Positions 26,906 to 41,000 are shown, counted from the stretch's first letter. The stretch is 64,000 bases of DNA from Squalus acanthias (GCA_030390025.1 CM059425.1:168208001-168272000); one strand, 5' to 3'. Numbers and translations: made by a program. The notes: generated by a model not told the origin, from the sequence alone.

Positions 26906-28744
26906 TATATATATATATAAATCTCTTTGCTGAAAATGGAATGAGTGGTTTACTGTGACTATCCTGGTTATCAAAAAGCCAGCTATTCTATGAGTGCGGT
27001 AGAGGATGTACTGGCTGCAGATGTTTCAGGGCTCAAATGACAGAGACAAGAAACGAGCTCCAGTTATTGGAGCCAGAAGGGGATATCAGCACCTTGAGTA
27101 CACAAGGAAAAGGGAACCTACATAAAATGGTCAATATAAGAGGCACAGATTATTTCCTTTCATAATCAGGAAACTTCTGAATTACTATATTTTTTTAACT
27201 AAGAAAAGTTATATTATGAGATCATTCAAATTTAACTACAATTCAGAATCAGGAAATGGTTCTAAAATATTTTTAATAATTTAATTGAATTGTTCTGAAG
27301 CTGCACTTCCTCACTTATCTCTCCAAGGGGTTCAACATAAAACAGTCACATGGTACTGATCAAATACAAAGCCATTCCTTTGAAGGCAGCATTCTATACT
27401 GTCAAAAGGAAATGGGTTGGTTCATTTGTATCACTCGGAACAAATAAAAATATAATTAAAATGATATTTTAGGGTGACAATATTCCTGTACAAGAATAAA
27501 AGAATCCAGGATCACTTGAGAATAACAATATCATTTTATTTTGTCACATACAGTGGTGTTGACTCAGGAGCTGGAGAAGCAGTATCTGCCTCTGTTGAGA
27601 GGAGTCTAGACATTGTTTGGGTTATTTCTATCCCAATTCTCTCTTACCTTCTCACACTACAAAACTTCAGTAATTTCAGTCATCTTCCGCACCATAACAT
27701 TACAACTCTGACACAACTGCAGACTCTCCTTATTTCAAAAATACTGCTTTTGATCAGAGCATAACTCAAATCCGAGAGAAAATTTGCCCTCTGTCAAATG
27801 CTCACATTATACTTTGTTTCTCCTATTTGTATCGCAATAGGTCATTCGGTGTTGGTAAGCAGATTATGTCACAACAGCACCACCTCTAGATTTGTTCTGA
27901 CTTTTTTTGGTGATGACAAAATAACAAAACAAATAGAGGACCCGTCATGGCGCCAGTCATAGCACAAGACATTTACAGAAAATGCGGGTAATACGTAGCA
28001 CGACAGTCAGCATGGGAAAAGAGGTTAGCGTTATGGGTGGGATATTGGGTGTTCTGATGCAGAGTCCCACCCCAAATGTAACCATATTTTTTTCTTTCCG
28101 CTGCTGACTGGCCTGTTGTGTATTGCCAGAATTTTCTGTTAGACTTTCAGATTTCCAGCATTCGTAGCTTTTCTTATTAGGGGTGATTCTGCAATCTCAC
28201 CCTCGGGTGGGGAGCCACACTTGCAGGAAGTGTGGCTCAGAGAATCAGCCCACAATGTTGCAGCTCCATTTCCAACCTGCGCTTCCTGCAATTACAGCTT
28301 CCCTACTGGGAGTGTAGGATCACTCTTAATATATCATTATATTCTACTGGTTTTAAACTTAATTTTAAAAAACATTTTAAGATTTTTTTTTTAATCTGAG
28401 AAAATCTGCTGCTTTATAATATCACTTTGTTACTATGATGTTTAATTTCTACCGATATCCTCCACGAGTGTTATAAAAGTCAATATAATCTCAAAAATGC
28501 AATTAGATCACTATTAAAATGATATGCTGGTCTATAATAATGTAGTAAAATCCCTGGTATACTTGCTCAGAATGTTTATTTACAATTGTGATTGTTCCCT
28601 TCTCCTGTTCTTGCCACTGCCAAAACTAATTGTATTTTCAGTTCTGTTATTGTTTTATCTATTTAAATTATGTCATCTAAAAGTGTTACAATAGATGTTC
28701 AGTTAGCCTGTGCCTACTGATCTACCCATTCAGCAAATAGACTA

Positions 28745-30271
28745 AGGACATAAGAAATAGGAGCAGGAGTAGGTTATACGGCCCCTCAAGCCTGCTCCCC
28801 CGTTCAATAAGATCATGGCTGAACTTTTACACCAACTCCACTTTCCCACCCTATTCCCATATCCCTTGATTCACTTATTGCCCAAAAATCTATCAATCTC
28901 AGTCTTGAATATACTCAACGACCGAGCATTCACAGCCCTCTGGGGTAGAGAATTCCAAAGATTCACAACTCTGAGTGAAGAAATTTCTCCTCATCTCAGT
29001 CCTAAATGGCCGACCCCTTATCCTGAGACTATGACCCCGAGTTCTAGACTCTCCAGCCAGGGGAAACAGCCTCTCAGCATCTACCCTGTCAAGCCCTCTA
29101 AGAATGTTATATGTTTCAATGAGATCATCTCTCATTCTTCTAAACTCCAGAGAATATAGGCCCATTCTACTCAATCTCTCCTCATAGGACAGCCCTCTCA
29201 TCCCAGGAATCAATCTAGTGAACCTTAGTTGCACCACCTCCAAGGCAAGTAAGGAGACTAAAACTGTAGACAGTACTCCAGGTGTGGCCTCGCCAAAGCC
29301 CTATATAATTGCAGCAAGACTTCCTTACTCTTGTACTTCAACCCCTTGCAATAAAGGCTAACATTTGCCATCCTAATTGCTTGCTGTTCCTGCATGTTAA
29401 CTTTCTGTGATTTGTGTACAAGGACACCCAAATCCCCCTGAATACCAACATTTAGTAGTCTCTCACCCTCTAAAAAATGTCCTGCTTTTCCATTCCTCCC
29501 ACCAAAGTGGGTCATTTCACACTTCCCCACATTATACTCCATCTGCCAACTTATTGCCCACTCACTTAACCTTTCTATATCCCTTTGCAGCCTCTTTGCA
29601 TCCTCCTCACAGCTTACTTTCCCGCCTAGCTTTGTATCATCAGCAAACTTGGATATACAGTATTACACTTGGTCCCCTCATCTAAGTCATTGATATAGAT
29701 TGTAAATAGCTGAGGCCCAAGCTTTGATCCTTGCGGCACCCCACTAGTTACAGCCTGCCATCCTGAAAATTACCCATTTATTCCTACTCTCTGTTTTCTG
29801 TCCATTAACCAATCCTCAATCCATGCTAGTATATTATCCCCAATCCCATGAGCCCTAATCTTGTGTAACAACCTATTGTGTGGCACTTTATCGAATGCCT
29901 TCTGAAAATCCAAATATACTACATCCACTGGTTCCCTCTTATCTACCCTGCTAGTTACAACCTCAAAAAACTCTAATAAATTTGTTAAACACGATTTCCC
30001 TTTCATAAAACCGTGCTGACTCTGTCTTATCATATTATAATTTTCCAAGTGCCCTGTTACCATGTCCTCAATAATAGATTTGAGCATTTTCCCTAGTACT
30101 GATGTCAGGCTAACTGGTCCATAGTTCCTTGTTTTCTCTCTCCCTCCTTTCTTGAATAGTGGGGTTACATTTGCCACCTTCCAATCCACGGGCACTGTTC
30201 TAGAATCTAGGGAATTCTGGAAGATCAAAACCAATGCATCCACTATCTCTGCAGCCACCTCTTTTAAAACC
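28745..30271 (-). mobile_element. 5'-truncated CR1 LINE (RT fragment to 3' end), frameshifted
   Basis: DWKVANVTPLFKKG...SQHGFMKGKSCLTNL...DFQKAFDKVPH; RPHLEYC; 3' tail. Confidence 0.95.
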
Positions 30272-31014
30272 CTACCCTTGTGTGTTGTTAGTTGGTATGA
30301 TTGGACTAGGATGAGGGGGAGTGTGAGGGATGGCTAGTGAGATGGGGGAAGTGATAATGTAGATAGAGAGAGAGGGATGGGTGGAGGTGCAGGGTAAGTT
30401 GGTGTAAGGATGTGCAGGAGTAGGGTAGGGAAGGCAGAGTGGTGGGGATGTGATGAGTGGCACAGCAGGATGAGGTTGAGTGTGGCTTTGCAGTAACGTT
30501 TCGTGATCTACTGAGATCATTGAAAGGTTTGTGCCACTGCAGCCTAGTCCTCCTGACGATATCCCTGCTTGTGTCCTCCTGTGCAATGTGCAACCAGGCT
30601 GCGTTGGTCTCCTGGGGAGATCTCTTCCACTCATGGGAAGGGAAGAGAATCTCCCTGCGTGGTGTGACTCCCTCCATAAGCATATGGAGGGAGTCATGGG
30701 AGAGCCTGGGTGCAGCCGTGCACCTCTGTGCAGTGATTGTCAGTGTTTGCAGCACTTCAATGCTGTAGAACACTGACAGTACAAATGTCAAAATCAGTTT
30801 GGACATGGTCCCTTTAAGGAAACCGGCTGATGACGCCAAATGACATCATCAGACCCGCTTCCTTTTAATTGGCCGGGAACCTTGCTGGGTGGGCTTAACA
30901 AGCCCAATCATCATAAAATCACTTCAACAGAGCGGGATGGAGTAGGCAGCGGGCTGGGACCGCGCTACCGGCCCCAGCCGCCCCGGACCCGCCTCGGTAG
31001 GCGAAATCACGGCC
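30272..31014 (-). mobile_element. Second, truncated copy of the 9181 Harbinger derivative (left end plus Myb exon)
   Basis: Highly similar to 9181-9925 in reverse orientation; TIR ggccgtgattt is preceded by TAA on the minus strand. Confidence 0.85.
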
Positions 31015-31205
31015 TTAATTTCCGTGACCATTTTACCCACTGGCACGTTCCAGTTTTCTCTACTAACTAAAACGAACGCATTTAATGGAATGCAAAACTT
31101 TCTACATGGTGTAATTTATATGCACACCATCCTAGCTATTTACAGAGCCCCAGCATTTTGTGCATCCTCTCGCAGTGCCTCACACTTCTACCTGTTAGGA
31201 ACAAT

Positions 31206-31971
31206 GGGCCAAAAATTCGGCCTTTCCCGGGTGAGTACGCACTGTGTACTCACCCGTAAGGCGTCCTGAAGTGCCGGTTTCCTGCATGCACTGCACATGC
31301 GCGGGAAACCGGAACTTCCGGTCTGGTGAAGGGGGGCGGTTCATAGGTGAACTGCGTGCGCGGTAGAGGCTGCGCGCACGCAGCAAACTTAGGTTTTTTT
31401 TCAGGTTTCTACGGGAGGGTAAGTATTGAAGAACCTGCGCTTTTAAAAAGGTGGCGCAGGACCTGTTTACAACAAGGTAAGTGGTTAATTAATTATAATT
31501 TAAAAAAAATTTCAACAGGTTTATCTTTTTTAGATACTTTAAAGAAAGGTAAGTTTATTTTTAGCACTGTTAAAAAGTTTTTTAATTTTTTCAAAAATTT
31601 TAATTTTTGTATAAAGTAGTTAATTTATTTAACTTATAGTTATTTTATAAATGTGATGGTTTTTTAAAAATTTATTTTAAGTTTAGCTGTTCTTTTGGGG
31701 CCGATTTCAAATCATAGATTTGACAGGTCTTCCTGTCAAATCTATGAATGAAAGATGGTCTGCTGCCATTGGCTCTCCATGGCCCACGTGATCCCAGGGG
31801 ACGCATCGCACTAACTACGCCCCTGGGACACGCAAGCACTGCGCGCCGGCACTTGGAGCAGGCCCAGGAGCTGAAGTTCCTGTGGGCCCAGAGGTCAACG
31901 GCAGGCGCGGTAGGTAAGTGCGCGCGCGATCCTTACCCCCGCGGCAAGCCAGAGAGGCAAATTTCAGGGCC
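31206..31971. mobile_element. Harbinger-type MITE
   Basis: gggccaaaaatt ... aaatttcagggcc; CpG-rich arms with an AT-rich centre. Confidence 0.7.
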
Positions 31972-34272
31972 ATAAACTGGACAATATTAGGTTACCGTGA
32001 ACCTCGGCATTGAACTACAATTCTCAGCGTTCACATCCTGTATATTCAGACGATTGAAGCAATACCAGTGAAGTACTGAAATGTATTATTAAAAAACACA
32101 GATCAAAGAATGCAGCAGTGTTGATCCTACCAGGTGTGCTCCTTGATCTGGACTGTACTGATGTTATTTAACATAAAAATACATATTATACTGAGGAGAA
32201 TGAGGAAGAGGTTCAGACACATCTGCACCTGGGGTTCTGTGAATTCACAGCAAATGAACGGTGCAATTAAGCTTCAAGAACTTCTTACATTTGACTGAAG
32301 TTTCTCTCTGCTACTTTTAGTGGGAGTGTTAGCCTGACTCAAATCTTAACACTTGTATTCCACAGTCTAATTTCAGGGACCTGGTTCTTGTCCCCTCTCC
32401 ATCTTCATTTGTCTATGCAAAACAAGCTTAACTCTTCATTGAATGATCAATAATCACAAGCAGGAGGTAGATTTTTGTCTTTATTTTCTGAGCAATAAGC
32501 ATCACCTGAGCAGAGCATAGAGAGGAAAATTGGGCAGGGAGAATTGCACACCCATAATTAATGGTAGGAAAATCAAATGGGCTCTGTTATGGGTGTGTTC
32601 CCCCCTTGCCCCCTCTGATTGTTGTCTCTGACTCCACCCAAGTGATACTTAATGCTCAGGTGGTAAAAACAAATATCTACCCATATCTTTTTCCTCTCCC
32701 ACCTTTACTACTGAATTGTACACATTGTACATGTGTCAGCTTTCCTGTTCCAATGTGCATTCATTTACATTAAAGGCCAACCTCCATTCCTTATTCCATC
32801 TACTTAATTGGCCAGATCTTTTTGAATGTTATCAGTCTCCCTTGTACCAGTGTCCTGTCTGCATATCTTAGTATAATCAGAAAATGTTATCCTATTGTAT
32901 ATGAAAGTATGAATAGCAGAGACCCAGAGTGCGAGTCACTGTTCCCAGACAGAAGTGTTTCCATTCATCAGCTTCTGCTTCTTATTTCCAAGCTAGATTT
33001 CAATCTAGTTATCTAATGTAGCATTCATTTCACAAGCTTTCGTCTTCTTTAACAGTCTTACAAGTGGAACTTTAGCAAATGTGTTAAAAAAAAATCTACC
33101 TCAATAGCAATCATCCACTAATTTGGTTGCCTTCTCAAAGAATTCCAGTAGCTATATAGGGCATGACCTACTGTTAACTGAACACTCATTTTGGCCTCTG
33201 TGCTCTTTAGGTGAGTATTAATAGCACTCCAAAACATGCTCTCAGGCATTTCCACTACTAGGGACGTTTGACTAACTGGTCCAAGATTTGCAGGTTTATG
33301 TCTCGCTCCTTTTTTTGAATGTTAAGACAGTATTCAGTATCTTTCACTACACAGGTGCAGCTATATATTTATGGAACTCCTAAAAATCTTTTTTTCCCTG
33401 AACCTTTTATGCAATGATTTTTCTGCAGTCAAATTCGGGAGCTGAAAGGGCTGAGAAAGGTTAAAATCCGCAAACTGACAAAAAAAACACAAGCCTACTT
33501 GCAATCATCCTCTCTGCTTTTGGTGGGAGGCTTAATCTGCAAGTTCCACATACCATAGTACAATCCAGGTTTCTAAGTAATGAATCCGCTCGTTTTTCCA
33601 TTTGCCATCTCCCCCCCACCCCCAACACTTTTACTGCATCTAATCCTAAATCTGTCACCTTCCCGTGCGGGGAACTATCAAGTCATTTTGGGAATGAAAT
33701 GATTGGAAACCACAGCTGGACTTTTCTTTCGGCCTCTGAATAATTTTTTCCCCTGTCATTTTTTGTTGAGATGGAGTGCGAAATGACGTTTAAATTGCCA
33801 CCCTTCAGCTCCCAGTGTGTGTGTGTGCGTGTGTGGCAGGGTCGCCAACCCTCCCGGAGTGTTCTGGAGTCTCCAGAAATGAAAATTAATTTCCCAAGCA
33901 CTGTTGCGAGCAACCAGGGAGAAAATAAGGATGTAGAATTTATGGGTCGCACGTCTGTGGTTCTCCTGTGAGTAAGTGTATGTCGCAGGCGCTGTGTCGG
34001 CCTGTCTTCCTGTCTCTCTTTCTCCATGTTCAATGGATAAAAGTGCAGTTGTGAGCAGCCTCCAGCTCTCTCTCCCTCTCACCAATGGAGATGCCCAACA
34101 GCAACAGCTCTCACTCCTGGAGAGACTAACTAATTCTCAGAGAAGTAACTATACGGAAACAGGATCATTCAAGCATAGTAAATTTTCTATAATGCATTAA
34201 CAGCATGAAGTGGCTCCTGAAAAATGCTATCTCCAACAATCCACCATGAGGTCACAACTGTCAAAGATCATA

Positions 34273-37200
34273 ATCATAGAGTCATAACGGCACAGAAGGA
34301 GGCCATTTGGCCCATCGAGTCCGTGCCGGCTCTCTGTAGAGCAATCCAGTCAGTCCCATTCTCCCGCTCTATCCCGGTAGCCCTGCAAGTTTATTTCCCT
34401 CAAGTGCCAATCCAGTCTCCCCTTGAAAACATTGAGTGTCTCCACTTCCACCACTTCCGTCGGCAGCGAATTCCAGGTCATCAGGACACGCTGTGTAAAA
34501 ATGTTTTTCCTCACATCCCCCCGTATCTCTTGCCCAAAACCTTAAATCTGTGTCCCCTAGTCCTTGTACCATCAACTAGTGGGAACAGCCTTTCCCCGTC
34601 TAGCCTATCCAAACCCGTCATAATCTTATACACCTCTATCAAATCACCCCTCAACCTCCTTTGCTCTAATGAAAACAAATCCAGCTTCTCCAACCTGTCC
34701 TTGTAGCTAAGATCCCCCATCCCCGGAACCATTCTAGTAAATCTCCTCTGCACCCTCTCAAGGGCCTTCACATCCTTCCTAAAATGTGGTGACCAGAACT
34801 GGACGCAATACTCCAGTTGTGGCCTAACCAGCGCTTTATAAAGGTTCAACATAACTTCTCTACTTTTGTACTCAATACCTCTATTTATGAAGCCCAAGAT
34901 CCCATATGCTTTGTTAACCACTCTCTCAATATGTCCTGCCACCTTCAGGGACCTATGCACATTAACTCCCAGGTCCCTCTGTCCCTGCACACTCTTGAAA
35001 ACTGTGTCATTAAGTGTATATTGCCTCTCCCATTTCCTTCTGCCAAAATGCATCACCTCACACTTCTCTGTATTAAATTCCATCTGCCACTTGTCTGCCC
35101 ATTCTGCTAGCCTTTCTATGTCCTGTTGCAGTCGATTGATATCATCATCATTGTTTGCCACACCCCCAAGTTTGGTGTCATCGGCAAATTTAGAAATTCT
35201 ACTCTGTATTCCAATATCCAGGTCATTTATATGTATCAAAAAAAGCAGTGGCCCCAGCACTGACCCTTGGGGAACACCATTGTCTACCATCCTCCAGTCT
35301 GAAAAGCAGCTATTTACCACAACTCTCTGTTTTCTGTCCTTAATCCAATTCCTTATCCAAGCTGCCACTGACCAACCTATTCCATGAGCCTCAATTTTGT
35401 TAACCAGCCTTCTATGTGGTAATTTGTCAAACGCCTTCCGAAAATCCATGTAGACAACATCCATTGCATTCCCTTCATCAATCCTCTCTGTTATTTCATC
35501 AAAAATTTCAATTAGATTAGTCAAACACGATCTTCCTTTTACAAACCCGTGTTGGCTCTCCTTAATTAGCTTAAACCTCTCCAAATGCCCGTTAATTTTT
35601 TCCTTGATTATTGTTTCTAAAACTTTACCTACCACTGATGTTAAACTGACCGGCCTGTAGTTACTAGGATTGTCCTTACACCCTTTCTTGAACAATGGTG
35701 TCACATTTGCCACTTTTCAATCCTCAGGCACCTCCCCCGCATCTAGGGAAGATTGGAAAATTATGGCAAGCCCTTCCGCTATCTCCTCCACCAATACCCT
35801 TAGCAACCTGAGATGCAAGCCATCTGGACCAGGCGACTTGTCCACTCTAAGCATACCCAGCCTTTCTAGTACATTCTGTCTATCAATTTTCACCCCTTCC
35901 ATTGCTTCTACCTTTTCCACTTCTACCGATATTTTGCCAGCATCCACCTCCTTAGTAAACACCGATACAAAGTACTCATTGAGTATTCTAGCCTTGCCCT
36001 GTGCCTCTAAGCATATATCACCTTCTTTGTCTCTAATAGGCTCCACCCCGCCTCTTACTTCCCGCTCTTACTGTTTACATGCCAGTAGAAGATTTTTGGG
36101 TTCCCTTTTATGTTCTACTCTCATATTCTCTCTTTGCCAATCTTATTTTCATCTTCACATCCCCTCTCAACTTATTGTATTTGGTCTGGTTCTCCCTTGA
36201 AGAATTCACCTGACATGCATCATACACCCTCTTTTTTTGTTTCATCATCTTCTCCATCTCCCTCGTCATCCAAGGAGCCCTTGCTTTGGTTCACTTACCC
36301 TTCCCTCTTGTTGGAATGTACCTAGCCTGTACTTGGAACATCTCCTCCTTAAAGATCACCCATTGTTCAGTTACAGTTTTTCCTGTCAGTCTTTGGTTCC
36401 ATTTTACCCTGGCTAGATCCTTTTGCATCCCATTGAAGTTAGCCCTGTTCCAGTTTAGAAGTTCCACTCTAGATTGTTCCTTGCTCCTCTCCATTGCTAA
36501 TCTAAATCTTATGATACGATGATCACTCGTACCCAAGTGTTTTCCCACAGACACTTGGTTGACCTGGCCCACCTCATCCCCAGCACCAGATCCAGCAATG
36601 CCTCCTTCCTAGTTGGCCCAAGAACATATTGGTCAAGGAAATTCTCCTGAACACATTTCAGAAATTCCTCCCCCTCCTTTCCCTTTACCCTAGCATTATC
36701 CCAATCGATATTTGGGTAATTAAAGTCCCCCAATATCACCGCTCTATAGCTCTTGCATATCTCTGCGATTTCCCTGCAGATTTGCTCCTCTATCTCCCTC
36801 TCACTATTTGGAGGCCTATAGAATACACCCAATAGTGTGATTATACCCTTTTTGCTCCTCAACTCTAACCAAATGGATTCTGTCCTTGTCCCCTCAAGAA
36901 CATCCTCCCTTTCCCACACTACAATGTCTTCCTTATTCAGCACTGCCACCCCACCTCCCTTTTTTCCTTCCCTATCATTTCTGAACACCTTGTACCCTTG
37001 AATATTAAGTGCCCAGTCCTCACCGTTTTTAAGCCACGTTTACATTATTGCCACAACATCATATTGCCACATGGTTAATTGTGCTTGTAGCTCACCAACC
37101 TTATTCACCACACTTTGTGCATTTACGTACATGCATTCTAAACCCATTTTTGAATTTTTCGTAGTCTTTCTTAGTCTGCTCCTATCTAATATGGTACTAC

Positions 37201-37685
37201 TACCGCCTCTAGTACTATCTTCTCTCGTTCTATCCAACACACTCACTCTTTTATGCACCTTATTCCTCTTTTCTACTCCTATATGCTGGTGCCTATCCCC
37301 CTGCCAAGTTAGTTTAAACCCTCCCCAACAGCACTAACAAACCTCCCCGCGAGAATATTGGTCCCAGCTCTGTTGAGGTGTAATCCATCCGGCTTGTACA
37401 GGTCCCACCTTCCCCAGAAACGGTCCCAATGCCTCAGGAATCTAAAGCCCTCCCTCCTGCACCATCTCTCCAGCCACGCATTCCTTTGTTCTATCCTCCT
37501 ATTCCTGTAATCACTAGCATGTGGCACCGGGAGTCATCTGGAGATTACTACCTTTGAGGTCCTGCTTTTCAATCTCTCTCCTAGCTCCCTAAGTTCTACC
37601 TGCAGGACCTCATCCCTCTTTCTGCCTATGTCGTTGGTACCGATATGGACAACGACCTCTGGCTGTTCACCCTCCCCCCTCAGAG
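34273..37685 (-). mobile_element. Long CR1 LINE: ORF1 SGNH-esterase end, APE endonuclease, RT, 3' tail; frameshifted
   Basis: ORF1 ...NAWLERWCRREGFRFLRHWDRFWGRWDLYKPDGLHLN; APE YRPPN/GDFNYPNIDW/SDH; 400-aa RT ORF with PQGSVLGP and FADD. Confidence 0.95.
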
Positions 37686-38048
37686 TGTCCTGATAAAGTA
37701 CCACATAATAGACTTGTTAGCAAAATTGAAGCCCATGGGATTAAAGGGGTAGTGGTTGTGTCGATAAGAAGTAAGGGACAGAATGCAGAGAGTAGTGGTG
37801 AACGGTTGTTTTTCAGACTAGAGGGCAGTGTGCAGAGGTGTCCCCCAGGGGTCGGTGCTGGGACCACTGTTCTTTTTGATATATATCTTAAAGACCTGGA
37901 CTTGGGTATACAGGGCGTAATTTCAAAGGTTGCAGATGACTTGAAACTCAGAAATGTAATAAACAGTGAGGAGGATAGCACAAACACAGACTGATGAAAC
38001 GGGCAGGCGCATGGCAGATGAAATTTAATGCAGAAAACGGTAATGCAT

Positions 38049-41000
38049 GGGAACAGTAGCATAGTGGCTTTGTTACTGGACCAGTAATCCAGAGGCCTGG
38101 AGACATGAGTTCAAATCCCACCATGGCAGCTGGGGAATTTAAATTCAATTAATTAAATAAATCTGGAATAAAAAGATAGTATCAGTAATGGTAACCATGA
38201 AACTATCGGATTGTCGTAAAAACCCATCTGGTTCACTAATGTCCTTTAGGGAAGGAAATCTGCCGTCCTTACCTGGTCTGGCCTATGTGACTCCAGATCC
38301 ACAGCAATGTGGTTGACTCTTAACTGCCCTCTGAAATGGCCAACAAGCCGCTCAGTTGTAAAAAACCACTACGAAAAAAAATAGGACGGACCACCCAGCA
38401 TCGGCTATGGACACGACAATGGCACACCCAGCCCAGTCGACCCTACAAAGTCCTCCTCACCAACATCTGGGGACTTTGGGAGAGCTGTCCCACAGATTAG
38501 TCAAGCAACAGCCTGATATAGTCATACTCACAGAATCATAGCTTTCAGCCAATGTCCCAAACTCCTCCATCACCATCCCTGGGTATATCCTGTCCCACCA
38601 ACAGGACAGACCCACCAGGGGTAGCGGCACAGTGATATGCAGTCGGGAAGGAGTGGCCCTGGGAGTCCTCAACATTGACTCCGGACCCCACCAAGTCTCA
38701 CGCCACCAGGTCAAACATTGGCAAGGAAACCTCCTGCTGATTACCACCTACTGCTCTCCCTCAGCTGATGAATCAGTACTCCCATGCTGAACACCACTTG
38801 GACGAAGCGCTGAGAGAAACAAGGGCACAGAATATACTCTGGGTGGAGGACTTTAATGTCCATCACCAAGACTGGCTCGGTAGCACCACTACTGACCGAG
38901 CTGGCCGAGTCCTGAAGGACATTGCTGCCAGTCTGGGCCTGCGACAGGTGGTGAGAGAACCAACATGAGGGAAAAACCTACTTGGCCTCGTCCTCACCAA
39001 TCTACCTGTCACGGATGCATAGCCCGGCATATCCCTCACTCTACCATTACCATCAAGCCAGGGGACCAACCCTGGTTCAATAAGGAGTATAGAGGAGCAT
39101 GCCAGGAGTACCTAAAAATGTGGTGCCAACCTGGAGAAGAGGCAACACAGGCCTAAATGCATGCTAAAAAGCGGAGGAGCATGCTATAGACAGAACTAAG
39201 CGATCCCACAATCAACGGATCAGATCAAAGCTCTGCAGTGCTGCCACATCCAGTCGTGATTGGTGGTGGACCATTAAGCAACTAACGGAAGGAGGAGGCT
39301 CCATGAATATCTCCATCCTCAATGATGGTGGAGCCCAGCACGTGAGTGCAAAAGACAAGGCTGAAGCGTTTGCAACCATCTTAAGCCATAAATGCCGAGT
39401 GGATGATCCATATCGGCCTACTCCTGAGGTCCCCACCACCACAGAAGCCAGTCTTCAGCCAATTCGATTCACTCTCCGTGACATCAAGAATCGGCTGCAC
39501 GCACTGGATACAGTAAAGGCTGTGGGTCCTGACAACATCCCGGCTGTCGTGCTGAAGAGTTGGGGGAAAAATTCAGTTGCTTTGCGGCTCCCGTTAGCGC
39601 CCTAAGAGGGCGCTAATGGGGCGCAAAGCAACTAGCGCCCGGGTGCAGCGATGTTTGCACCGCTCACGAAATTGACCAGACATTTTGCGGCGGCAGTAAA
39701 CATTACTCCCACGATCTCCTGCGCCCGCAGATCGAGACGTCAGTCGAGCATGCAACGCCCTGGTAGCGCCCCGGACCGGATATTGAGTGGCGCCCCCACC
39801 TTTCCGCCTGCCGCTAGCAACGACAGGTTGAGGGGGACGTTTTGCAGTCGGGAAGGGACTCGGCGAGCACTATTTAAAGGCGACCGCTTCCTGCGTTTTT
39901 TTGTCAGCGACATTTTTGCACCATGCATTCTGAGAGAGAGAGAGAGAGACTTCTGGAGAGATTCAACGCTGTGTGAAGGAGTTTTGGGTACTGAGCAGCA
40001 CTTTGCAGGTTCATTTTGATTTGACCTTCCTTGCATCGATTTAGAAGAGACTGTGGGGGCTACACTCTGAGCTCTTTCCCAGGGCCTCTCCATTGTTCTT
40101 TCCAGCAGATTTGATGTACAGGTCTCTCCAGGCCGAGATTCAATGCTGCAATGAGCAGGGTGTGGATGGAGAGCAATATCGACCCTCCTCTTTAAGAACA
40201 GGCCGGCGCCAGTGTGTCTGTGTTCCATTGCTGACTGACATCACATAAGCTTCGCCAGTGCTCTGAGGTAGCGCCTCGCTCCTCAGTGTTAGCGCCTTAA
40301 GAGAGGTGTGTTGCACCTGATTTAGCGCTTCAATCACCTCCAGGGGCGATAGAAGCCAAGTTTGCAGTCGGAGGCGATAATTAACGCCAGGCGTGAAACT
40401 TTGCGCCCGGCCGATAATTGCGACCCAAATGGGGCGATACCGAATTTCTCACCCTTGTGCTCTAGAACTAGCTGCACCTCTAGCTAAGCTGTTCCAGTAC
40501 AGCTATAACACTGGCATCTATCTGACAATGTGGAAAACTGCCCAGGTATGTCCTGTCCACAAAAAGCAGGACAAATCTAATACGGTCAATTACCGCCCCT
40601 TCAGTCTACTCTCAATCATCAGCAAAGTGATGGAAGGTGTAGTTGACAGTGCTATCAAGCAGCACTTACTCACCAATAACCTGCTCACTGATGCACAGTT
40701 TGAGTTCCGCCAGGACCACTCGGCTCCAGACCGCATTACAGCCTTGGTCCAAACATGGACAAAAGAGCTGAATTTCAGAGGTGAGGTGAGAGTGACTGCC
40801 TTTGAAATCAAGGCAGCATTTGACCGAGTGTGGCATCAAGGAGCCCTAGTAAAACTGAAGTCAATGGGAATCGGGGGGGAAAACTCTCCACTGGCTTGAG
40901 TCATACCAAGCACAAAGGAAGATGGTTGTGGTGATTGGAGGTCAATCATCACAGCCCCAGCACCAGCCAGCTAAATACTGTGGCAACAAGAGCAGGTCAG

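Noticed and set aside
38049..38130. Functional tRNA-Thr gene
   Set aside because: No convincing acceptor stem; it is the head of a retroelement.
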